Shown here piece after piece: positions 12,601-22,282 of a stretch of 64,000 bases of DNA. Source of the stretch: Phoronis australis. Taxonomy: Eukaryota > Animalia > Phoronida. The notes under the pieces are model-generated. The model worked only from the letters and a program-made list of their open reading frames with translations. It made no database searches and was not told where the DNA came from. Positions within the stretch are counted from its first letter, which is position 1, and each line of letters starts with the position of its first letter. The stretch covers positions 575,803-639,802 of the forward strand of contig NMRA01000024.1 in assembly GCA_002633005.1 (NCBI GenBank), in the 5' to 3' direction. Both the position numbers and the translations under genes were made by a program.

Positions 12601-13252
12601 CTTAGAAAAATTTCGGTGTAAGTTCTTTAATTTGGGACAGAAATTGTTCTAATTAATTTTCTTTCTGAGTCTTACTATGTTGTTCACTATCCCGTAAATT
12701 CCCAACATTTTACCAAATGATGTTTGGAAATAACTAAATCATTTGATAAGTGCTAAAGTGAAGCAAATTTTCCTGAAATGTATTTTTTGTTGTGAAATTG
12801 ATAAAATAGATTTTCATTTGTTTCTCTTATTGTGCCCAGCCTGAAGAATTTTTACTGATGTCAAAGTTTCCTTATTTTTTCACAACAAATATCTTTTTAC
12901 GCATCAAAAGTTTTCTCATTGCTATGTGGTAGTTTTTATTTTTATAAAATTATTCATTTGCATTATAAAGGGATTTTCCCGTAAAATGCAGTAAAATTAA
13001 GAACCTTAGCTTTCACAAAGTAGTCTTATTTATAGATTTAACTTTGCTTTGTTCACGCGGCGTTCATTTCTTTTTATCAGATATATCAACTACTTTGCCA
13101 CCAAATCCAGTCCCACCGATTGTATACTAGACCTGTGGGAGGCAAGACATAGAGAAGAAACGGCGGTGACGGACCTGATGAATGCTCTACGGGTGATGGG
13201 CCGCATGGACGCAGCTCTCATCTTAGAGAAGGAAATGGGTGCGTGGCTGTAG
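528..13252 (+). CDS. unc5: Netrin receptor UNC5, 5'-partial. Join 528-689, 1169-1207, 6132-6317, 7482-7853, 8171-8272, 8718-8884, 9484-9720, 10183-10329, 11002-11169, 11858-11973, 12268-12369, 13081-13252
   Basis: All 12 exons have AG/GT boundaries and consistent phases (1970 nt + 1 upstream nt = 657 codons). Domain order TSP1, TM, ZU5, UPA, death domain is diagnostic of UNC5. Ig exons lie upstream of the window. Confidence 0.95.
1169..1207 (+). CDS. unc5: unc5 39-nt juxtamembrane micro-exon (AGSEDGLQHEAKE)
   Basis: ttttgcag acceptor, consensus gtaagt donor, open and symmetric phase 1-1; absent from the ORF track. Confidence 0.75.
2725..3165. mobile_element. Degenerate palindromic MITE in a unc5 intron
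   Basis: gtgttcattccaacttgac at ~2727 roughly pairs with ctcaagatcgaatgagcat at ~3143. Confidence 0.3.
5860..6095 (+). repeat. Degenerate ~22-30 bp tandem repeat (consensus about cttgcagtcaattt-cccc) just upstream of the TM exon
   Basis: About 9 copies of a Y-rich tract + cagt(c/g)aat. Confidence 0.6.
6132..6317 (+). CDS. unc5: unc5 transmembrane exon (IWLYVGLGGAGFVLIVVILLVIFLVRRRKRQR)
   Basis: Hydrophobic helix plus basic stop-transfer; tctccag / gtgagt. Confidence 0.92.
7482..7853 (+). CDS. unc5: unc5 intracellular linker and start of ZU5 (LTMQPDIT...GGRLTVPGT)
   Basis: QPD(I/L)T motif and GGRL ZU5 start; tag / gtaggt. Confidence 0.92.
8171..8272 (+). CDS. unc5: unc5 ZU5 exon (GVSLTIPEGAV...)
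   Basis: ZU5 GVSLxIPxGA motif; tacag / gtgaac. Confidence 0.92.
8718..8884 (+). CDS. unc5: unc5 ZU5 exon (LSPVVLLGPHG...VVLSFPHCA)
   Basis: ZU5 LSP..GP.G..V.L..PHCA motif; tacag / gtgagt. Confidence 0.93.
9484..9720 (+). CDS. unc5: unc5 UPA exon (KILRLAAFA...YNLRVYAVEDTPSAIE)
   Basis: UPA motif Y.LRVY..EDT..A; tag / gtaaat. Confidence 0.93.
10183..10329 (+). CDS. unc5: unc5 UPA exon (GVIQMEKKLGGRLVDKPKQ...WKSKLQANYQ)
   Basis: E..LGG.L...PK and W.SK..A.YQ motifs; ccgcag / gtgagc; frame not shown in the ORF track. Confidence 0.92.
10897..10992 (+). repeat. 24-bp tandem repeat x4 (cttcttcaatgtgtactcgttgac) abutting the 3' splice site at 11001
   Basis: Four near-identical units read directly. 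Confidence 0.95.
11002..11169 (+). CDS. unc5: unc5 UPA exon (EIPFRHIWSGNQNHLHCAFALE...TCKIQVYQ)
   Basis: EIPF.HIW.G....LHC.F.LE is a UNC5 hallmark; tttcag / gtattg. Confidence 0.94.
11858..11973 (+). CDS. unc5: unc5 linker exon before the death domain (RLPPSPKLPRNRQQRSSTVTT...NVFR)
   Basis: tttcag / gtaagt; supplies the phase 0 to phase 2 bridge that the flanking exons require. Confidence 0.85.
12268..12369 (+). CDS. unc5: unc5 death domain exon 1 (LDPPNNRGSDWRKLAQQL)
   Basis: LD.P..RG.DWR.LA motif; ttctag / gtgggt. Confidence 0.94.
13081..13252 (+). CDS. unc5: unc5 terminal death-domain exon (YFATKSSPTDCILDLWEAR...MGRMDA...GAWL*)
   Basis: YFA.K.SPT..ILDLWEAR and MGR.DA motifs; stop TAG at 13250-13252. 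Confidence 0.95.
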
Positions 13253-15500
13253 GCGGAGCGTGCTCAGAAACTGGATGCTGTCACGATGATCTGGTTTTAA
13301 GTGCCGTATGACGGATGCTTGGGATACGAGTGATGCTGTATTTATTGTGAAATGGACACGGCCATTAAATACGGACAAGTTGTGAGCACTCGTAATGGAC
13401 ACGAGATTTTTTCTGCCGGCCTTGAATGTAGCACAAAGAGGCTTTATTATGGGAACTTAGGGGGAATCAAAGATGTTGAGTTGAATGTGATCAGTCTTCA
13501 AAGATGTGGAATGGGAATTTTGTGAAATGTGAAACATGCAACTTTCCGATTGACACTGCCGTGCCATGGCTTCGACACTTAAAGTTGGATCATGGGATCT
13601 GTCTTCGAAGAACTGGAAAGGAATTCACTGTTTGTGAAACATGTACTTTATCAAGTGTGCCTGCATTGTGAGTGATCAGTATTAGAAACATAAAGTTTCA
13701 TCTGGTCAGTCGTCAGAAAGGTGGAATAGAATCAGCACAAAATGCTTAAATTACCAAAAGTGATTGGTTTACAAGACAACGACGGTTTGTGCTTTATTAA
13801 CGGAGCAATACTTAAGACTGACTAGTTTCATGTTTCTTATGAATGGTGTATATAGGTATGCTGGACAATCGTGAACCTTAAGCCAAAGTGCAGAATGCGC
13901 AGACTTTGTGTTACTTCACTGAGATTGTGTACAGGTCAGTGGATATGATAAAATGGTGAGCATCTTGTGTGTTCCATGTTCCAATAGAATGAAAAATATC
14001 ACCCCTTAAATGGTGTATTGGGCTCATCCGTTGTAATTCGAAATTTATTGTGTAGTGAATGTGCGTGTATCTTGCCTCAAACTAAATGACTGAGAAGTGC
14101 TATTGTCATTGTAGTCCACTGGTGCTAAACGTATAGTATCAGATGTAGCCAATCATTACAGTTCATGTGTAATATTGTCATTATCATCATTACCTATTGC
14201 TCATAGTATCCTAGATATAGTGACAATAAAAGACATGATATTACGGAATCTTGGTTTCGTTAGTATAACGTTAACATGTGTTTGTAGTTTGCTGATTTTT
14301 GTATCTGTATTTGAGCTGACTGTCATGTGCACTGGTTTTGTTTGAAATTGAAATTTTGGCGAGATTGTCAATACTTTTGTTGTTTATTGCACGTGGTGAA
14401 TTTGTGAAACTTGTTGGCCTAAATTTGAGTTTTTGGCACCTATCCCGTCATTCTGTCTTGGAAAAAGGTAATTGGGGTGAATTTGATTAGTTTGTTGATG
14501 CGTTGTGCAGCAATCAACATTCGTTGGGGCTCGATGCAGCTACCAGATGCATTAATATAGTAGATCTACTGTGTTTTGCTTACCTCTGGTTGTAAATAAC
14601 GTTCTAACCAATCCAAGGCTATGTAAATGGCATGCGTGAGATACATATACTCAGTTGTGTTCCAGATGGAGAAATCTGCATTCTAAATGTTGAAGTCGAC
14701 CTCCTGAATAACCAGTGAGTGAAGTTCCGAGTATTAAGAAAACCAATCTATAGAAAATCATTCCGCTCTACTGAAGGGAGTGATTCAGGTTTTTTAGTAG
14801 GAAGCCCGGCAGACTGGTTTTCTTGCTCTGAGCTTGCTTGCTTGGTGGGAAAGTTAATTTATTATTTCGGAAATAGATTGATGCGTTTCCCTGGTAATGG
14901 TGTTTGGAGGTGTTTTGCTCTGAAATCCTACTAATGTGAATGGACTGGACTAGTTGAGCACTCTCTAGATTGCTGTGGTATAGACCATATCATGAAGGTT
15001 TCCTTGTGTTTTGACTTGTGATAAATTGAATATGTGATTTATGTGACCATCGATATTGGAAATTGTTGACTTTTACCCGAAGACAATCATTTGGTTGACA
15101 TTGATAGCTTTGAAGAGAAGTATGTCGTTTTTTCATCCCTAGTATACACAAAGAAGCCTGTATAAAGGAAGGTTCTAAATCTTTCGGAAGAAACATACGT
15201 TGCTGTTAATATATAATTTTAACCGATACTTGCACATAATCTTTATTAGTTGCAGTACTTTGAGCCTGCTTAGTTTCACAGCCAAGTTGCTTGAATTTTG
15301 AAGCTTAATTTTGGTTCGAAAAACTCTTGTATGATTTAATGCAATTATTAATTTTTAGTTTGTCTACTGCCACCATATTCATATTATTTCTGTTAGGCAA
15401 TCTGTAATATCACTGTGGACTTAGAGTACTTAATAATTGATTGTCATTTGCTTGTTAGCCTCGCTATTCAGTCTCTATAGACTCTAGACATACTATTTTT

Positions 15501-15574
15501 AATAAAAAGTCTATGTTTTTTTCCACTTGTTGTACATTGACATGCTATCTATGTATTTATAATGTAAGAATAAA
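15501..15574 (+). terminator. Likely unc5 distal polyadenylation signals (AATAAA at 15501 and 15569; a proximal one at 14225), implying a ~2.3 kb 3' UTR
   Basis: AATAAA followed by T/GT-rich sequence at the end of an AU-rich tract. Confidence 0.5.
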
Positions 15575-17158
15575 CATTTGCATTAATTTTTTGTTCTTAC
15601 TACTCACTAGAAACTTGGCCCCTGCTGGGGACATGCTTCGTCAATGGATTTATAGACAGATGAGGGTAGACAGAATCCTTGGATACCAGGAACACTGATC
15701 TAGCTTCTTTTGTGCGTAGCAGGGCAATTACCACATTAGCCATGACTTCATGGCATTAAAACAGTGACTGAAATAGATTAAAGAGGCATGGAGCACGAAA
15801 AGCTCGGCTAAAATATATGTTTAACAATTCCTGACGAAAGTACTATTTTGCAACGTCGAGTATAGAGTAATTCACTTTCCCCTGAGAGGAAATTCCCACA
15901 AAAAATGACAAAATTAATGATTTTTGAAATACCATCGAAGGAAAAACTGTGGTCTGACCACAGAGTTTCTAACTCTCCCTGCCGCTGATGATAGTTGAGA
16001 TGATACGTAACATTTTCTATGTAAGGGAAATTTACTTCTCTATGTCTTACCATACCAAATAAGGGGACGTGCTTTGCCTTGTGGCAGAAAAAATCGACGA
16101 AGTAACGAGGAGTCGAAAGATCGTTTTTTGAAATTTGAAACTAAAAGAAAATGCTTTGATACCAACAGAGAGAAATTAAACATCTTTACGAGTAAACCCT
16201 AAAAATATAAGGTGAGCAGATTGAATTCTGTTTCAGTGGTGGAGAACTGCTTTTAATATTGCAATTTATTCTGTCAATCACGTTCCAGGCCTCTTTATAA
16301 ACTAACTGTTAACATAAAACAAAAATATTGTACAGTACTTCATTTCTAGGCCGCCGAACATACACAATGTGTACTAGGCTTTATAGCAACGCTCGGACCT
16401 CACACCGTACGCGGGTTATATAGTTTGAGCAGTCAAAGTAGAGCGTGGCCGCCCAGGGCCGGGAATTTCACTCAGACGATTTAATTTTAGAAAATTTTAA
16501 TTCAAACAAGAAAATTCATGATTTGTGTAAAAGAATACTGTAAATGCGATTTGAAGAGAAATGATGTCTTATTTCAGAACATCAGTGGTTTGTCGCTTCT
16601 TCATATTTTCCAATATTTTGAATCTCTTAGAATTTCCTAATATCCAAGTTAGTGGGTGAGAACTTGCATATAGATTCAAGTATTTGAACAACGACTTCAG
16701 GATTACACTTCTCAGGGCTGGCATCACCGCCGACTGCTTCACTCTGGATTCGTATAGATTTTCCAAACTAATGCTGGGGTTGGGCTGTTACACTCTATAG
16801 CTACCGTCCGGTCTAAATTCTCTTGGGTCACTCGGTACGAATGACTTCCGGATATTATCGATCCGGATCTCTGTCTTTTGACAATTGTGCTTTTTTGATT
16901 ATCAGTCATAATATCGTGTGCTTTCAAATCAAATTGTAGTAATGTTATATTACCCTTTATTAATTTTCAGGCTATAGTAGAGTTAATGCACGATGAACAT
17001 ATTACAAATGCCTATATTTACCAGGCCCTCATTTCAGTACTATGTAACTTCGGAAGTTCTTGATACTACTGTAGTAAACCTACACGATTGCGCGAAAAGA
17101 AACGCATGAAAGAAACAAACTTTAATTTTGGTCGATTCCCGGTCACTCAGGCTAACAG

Positions 17159-17461
17159 CAGTGTCGGATTTAGGAGGGCCAAGGGGGCCATGCCCCCTTT
17201 AAAATTTCAAGTTCCCAGATACCATTTGGGAGTTCGGGGTGCGAATTGCTGAGTAGCACATGCGCGCACCCAGGGGCTTCGGGGTGCCGCATAGGTCTTG
17301 ACCAAACCTCGTTTACCGTTTTTTTAGTAATAAGATCCACAAACCCAAAAATTCGAGACCCATGCATCCCTACATTTTAGGCTTGGCGGGATCATGTGGC
17401 GAAATTCGGGTTATTCCTGAGCCAGCCCCCCACCCAACTCAAAATCCCGGATCCGTCCCTG
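17159..17461. mobile_element. MITE with CAG termini and 5-bp TSD (hAT5-like)
   Basis: Left cagtgtcggatttag, right ccggatccgtccctg; flanked by aacag on both sides. Confidence 0.65.
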
Positions 17462-18030
17462 AACAGTCATATAAATTTAGCCTTAATTTGTTCTTTGTCG
17501 GAGATGAAAAACGCTTTCTGGTTAGGTGTATATTCCTTCAGACTGCTGCGGCATATAGTGACTGGACCAACTCAGACGCAAACCTACCTGCCTAGTAGTC
17601 TAGTTGAGCATTACCTGAGTGAACAATAAGATAGCAGAAGAAGAACTCAGTATCCAGTCCAGTTGAATGAAAACATTGAGACCAGTTCCATAGAACGAGT
17701 CCTTAATTTTTATAGAAGATTTGCTTCCCAAATTAGAGAACTAAGACCTCCCGGCGCTATCGCTGAGCAAACACGGCACCACCGAGTCAGTCTCTGTTCA
17801 CTGAGTTGGTGATACGGGATAGTCCGTCCGGCTGCACTTCAAAACGTCATTAATAATTTCATGGTTTTGTACTATCAAAGTGTATTGCGAATTTATGGTT
17901 TTTCTTAAAATAATGCTAAGATGTGATTAATTACTATTACAAAAACGGAGGTGCTGTGTAAAATTCAAAAATGGCACGTAAATATAGCCACCGACGGCGG
18001 CCCGTCCGCGTTTGTGCCAGTGACCTCCAC

Positions 18031-18660
18031 CAATCAATCAATCAACCAATCTCTTTATTTATAGTCAGTTTGACAAAAACAGACAAACACTGTCAGAAGG
18101 CTAATATCACCGACTGTGAATAACAACATAAAAATCATAAATAATAAAATAATGAACAATAAAATAATTAAAAACCAAACACATGACAACATGAGAAAAA
18201 CACATATTGATAAGATATCATGAAAGTATGGCATACACACACGGGCCATTCTAAAAATAGATAAATTTCAGAAAAAAACATATCTACATACATATGTGAT
18301 ACGAGTCGAAGTGCTAGTCAACAGCATTTTTCGGACAAAATCGATACGATGACGTCACTATTTCTCTTCAACTCCTCCATAAGATGACTAACCTCCTTCC
18401 GTAGACGGTTGATTTCGATACTCTTTTCATTCAGAATTTTTTCGTAGTCTTTCGTGCATTTTCCCCACAACTGGCATCACACATCTGCTAACGATCTGTT
18501 GATGAACATCAGAGTTCCACTCAGAGGAATTCAGATGCCTCTCGATACATTCCTGCACCCACGACGCAACGGAAGGAACGACGTCATCCTGTCGCGCCTG
18601 TGGGTTGGAAGTCGAATCCATTGCACCCGCGTAAACACCAGTACTTCCTTCATCCACATG
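18031..18660 (-). pseudogene. Retroposed relic: frameshifted coiled-coil ORF, AATAAA and (ATTG)n tail (LINE-like)
   Basis: Minus-strand ...QIVSRCVMPVV, frameshift, KCTKDYEKILNEKSIEINRLRKEVSHLMEELKRNS; tttatt at 18054; (caat)n at 18031-18050. Confidence 0.4.
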
Positions 18661-19470
18661 GCATGACCATTATTCAAGTTTTCTTCACCCAGCCTTCGAT
18701 ATGGGGGGCTCAAATTCCCGACCTTGTGGACTTCTGGCAGCAAACTCACAGTTGAAAGCCCCGGCCAACCCGCGATCGAGAACGCCCGGAAGGCGATCGA
18801 AAACGATGACCTTGCACCAAAAATGGCCGCAGATGCCAGTGACGTACCCAGTGAGTTTTATTGTCATTTTGATACTAATGCAACACACAGAAAAGCGTTA
18901 CAGTTTAGTCTTTGTTGTGGCTCTGAAATAATACTTGGCTTTTGCTTGTTTTTTTTGACATAATGACCGCAGACAGCAATGGCTTTCGGTAAAATGCTTT
19001 GCGCCTCGTACAATAGACAATTTCTACTTGCTATTAGCAATTCCAGAGTTCTTATGTATAGACGTGTGACGTTTATAATTTAATTGTCCCTGGTGACACC
19101 TTTGTTGGTTATGATTTGTGAAAGAATTTGAGATATTTACCAATACATGCAAGTCTTTGTGCGAGATGGCGATCGGGAACGAAGTCATTAATTGTCTATG
19201 GCGATCGTGAACACACCCTTTTACTCTGCATCAGCCCTAATAGTTGTTCAAGTAACTGTGCTGTGTCAATAAATTTAGAGTAATATGGACCCTGAATTAG
19301 TTGATGGGTTGATTGTTACTTATATTTCTCCGTTTTTCTTGACTCATTTGTGAGATTTAGCCTAACAAATATAACTAAATGCGCTTGATTTTTTACAGTT
19401 GAACTGTAGCCACACGACCAACGCCTTCAAAAAAGAGTAGTACAACCGCTGACTGATGTCACTAAGGATT

Positions 19471-19502
19471 GTGTGTGTGTGTGCGCGCGCGCATGTTTGT
19501 GT

Positions 19503-19535
<33 letters not shown>

Positions 19536-19600
19536 CGTGTGTGTGTGTGTGCATGCGTGTGTGTTTGAGTGTGTGAGCGTTTTTGCGTGTGCGTGTGTGT
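19471..19600. repeat. (GT)n / (GC)n compound microsatellite
   Basis: Direct read. Confidence 0.95.
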
Positions 19601-20536
19601 TTGTTGTGGAGCTTCATTCAGGACAAAATCGATTTTGCATGACATGACAATGAAACGCAGTGACTTTTAACAGCCCCTTGATTGACGTGTTGCATGTGCC
19701 ATGATTTTTTTCCGATATAAGAAAACACTACATGAAGCATCGTGCTCAGGAACCAAGACGATTCAGTGACCTATCTGTGCTCAATGTTTCACGGAAAGAG
19801 TGAGCCTGACGCGACACTGCGTCACAGCACGAAGACACTCCTTTTTGTGAATGTGGCATGTCATGCAAACAGTATGTCTCCATCTACAGGCATAGCAAGC
19901 AGAAACGTCATGAATGAAATCATGGCAAGCAGTGAAGGTTGTAAAGTCACTTTAGTTCATTCAGATTTACGGAGTTCATGATTGGTAGTTGTCTGATGAG
20001 ATAGTATTTTGACGTTTTGTTTTGAAACTTTTTCCCTCAAGTTTCTTTCTATATTTGTGTTATTTCAATAGGATCTTTAATAGAACCATTGCATTTTTGT
20101 AGTGTTTAGGTAGATTTAAAAGACCATACATACTAAGGGTCATTGGGCGATACTTACATACAATCGTTTTGACAACACGTTGACTACATTTTGAGAAAAT
20201 TACGATATAGTATTTGTATTATAACTCGTCTCACTCTTTTTCAATGTAACATTAAACTGGAGGATTATACTGAGGATGCACGGTGAACTCAAGACCAAGA
20301 CTACAAAACAGAAGAGTCAAACAAAACGTACATCCAAGCCACGCGAGTGCCACAAGTCAATCTGTTCATTTCTGTATCGATGTTATCAGTAAACATCGAG
20401 TAAAATCTCACCCGTTTTATCAGTTTACGCAACGTCTGGCAATTTTTAAAAAGCAGACTTTCATGAGCGGGAATCTTTGAATCATTTCGTGAATGGTGTT
20501 GCTGCACTCTTCATTCTCTCCATGGGCAAGTTTATT

Positions 20537-20783
20537 TATGCGCGCACCCAGAGGGGGGTGCTCGGAGGGCTTGAAAGAGCCCCCCCCATTTGGCGAAGTG
20601 GGCAAAAAGGTCCGCCTGCGAGAAACAAAAAGTCCGAGAAAATGAGACAAAAGTCCACGAAACAAGCACAAAACGCTCACAGAGGTTCGCGTTTTTTTTT
20701 GTCCGCCGGCTATTTTGTTACCAAAAAGGTCCACAGCGTTAGAAATTGGAGCCCCCCCATATTGAAGGCTGGGTGCACGCATG
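20537..20783. mobile_element. MITE nested in the 3-kb TIR element; an inverted fragment of the same family lies at 18686-18745
   Basis: TIRs tatgcgcgcacccag / ctgggtgcacgcatg; gagcccccccat subterminal motifs. Confidence 0.7.
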
Positions 20784-22241
20784 ATCATCATTCTTTGACT
20801 TCACTGGCTATTTTTGTTTTCTTTCTTTTGCTGTCTCAATTTTGCTAGAAGATTCGACACTGGCTTTCATCTGCAGCAACAATTTGTTTACACCTGGCTG
20901 ACACGCCACATGGAACAACTCCTGGGTGAGTCTTAGTTCAGAACCCGTTGTTTTCAGGGATTTCGTCTAAAAGTACAAGATGTCTATTTCAAAACTATCT
21001 AGTAAGGTTTACCTTCACGCCGTGGGTAACATGTTCGTTGAATCTCGCCTCGCAATAATTTCAGTGGACTTGTTTCCTAAAATGAAAATCAAATAATCTG
21101 TGAAAATATTTATAACTAAAATAGTATGCTTGATGTACATGCAGTGCTCATGGCGCTTTAATGATAATATGCTATATTGTTTAGTTTTGATACGGCAGTA
21201 ACACAGTAATGACGCAAAATGTACCACTCTTATTTTGTAACCTTCTTCACGTTTTCTTAATAAAAAGCTAAAAGTTGTTCTACAAACCAACGATGCGTTC
21301 CCGATCGCTTATCACTGCCTTCTCGATCGCTTCTTTCAAAAGAAAAGGGTTGGAAATTCAGAGACCCTGACAAGACTACGAAAAACAAGCGTTGCGTTAT
21401 ATTTTCAGACGTCACTTCTTCATAAATTCATGACAAATTTATTGATATAGTGCCAAGAATGACTGCAGTTTGCCAAAATGACATATAAATCACCTTCCGC
21501 TCATGCAATGACAATCGGTTAACTTAATTTTTCTCCAATAATTGGAACAGACAATAGCCAAACCTCTACCTGTCCTTCCTCAATGTGTTACGCCTTGAAC
21601 TCGTGTATCTGTTTTCACGTTGAAAGTAAAAACAACGAAAATTCATCAAATTTACACATCTTGTCTAGCTTCGCTACTCACGCCAAATTTCGTTCTCGAT
21701 CGCCTTCCGGGCGTTCTCGATCGCGGGTTGGCCGGAATGTTGAATGGTACTGGATTTATTTCACGACTATGAGTTTCCAGTAACAAACAAGTGCAGTACT
21801 GTTTTTTTTAAAGAAATTTTAGTATATTCTCTCGATTCATGAAACTATCAATTCTGTGTTCTTAACGGTTGGAATGTTGTATTTCACGAAAGATTATTTC
21901 CTAAAAGTTGCCATAACGATATAGATCAGAATTCAACTTAGGCTGGCACAATCAATGCTTTTAAAAGAGTATGCAAAGGACAGCAAAACGAGTGGATTTC
22001 CTAAGAATGCATAAGGTTTTGTATTGCCATGAAACGGAATGCATAACTTAACATTCTCTTAATATATATCTTGCTGTTTGCATGCAGTCAAAAGCGCACA
22101 GCCAGTCACTTTATTTTTCTAACACAGCGCCTAAAACGAAAAGTGTGGATTCTTTAAACATTACGTTTACTAGCATAAAATTTCGCAATTGTCGTAAAAA
22201 TGACTTCACAATCTCGAGTTCATTAATGTATATTGCGTGTG

Positions 22242-22266
22242 TGACGTCAAAGTATTGATGACGTCA
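22242..22266. promoter_or_regulatory. Two perfect CRE palindromes (TGACGTCA at 22242 and 22259) just upstream of the long ORF
   Basis: Direct read; the second ends 16 nt before ATG 22283. Confidence 0.5.
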
Positions 22267-22282
22267 TTATTCATATTTGAAT

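Larger units (their letters stand above)
18757..21738. mobile_element. ~3 kb non-autonomous TIR DNA transposon
   Basis: 18761-18805 ccggccaacccgcgatcgagaacgcccggaaggcgatcgaaaacg is the near-perfect reverse complement of 21691-21735; internal gcgatcgggaacg repeats are also inverted (19169 / 21297); gttgaa flanks both ends. Confidence 0.75.

Noticed and set aside
15778-16300. TTAAAG Kolobok-like terminus after the unc5 3' UTR
   Set aside because: No convincing partner TIR found nearby
18823-18850. aaaATGGCCGC...ccca/gtgagt looks like a first exon (MAADASDVP) for the zinc-finger gene
   Set aside because: It lies inside a TIR element and its phase-1 donor does not fit the phase-2 exon at 29485; 27418-27446 fits
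19427-19647. HT- and CV-repeat ORFs
   Set aside because: Translation of the (GT)n microsatellite
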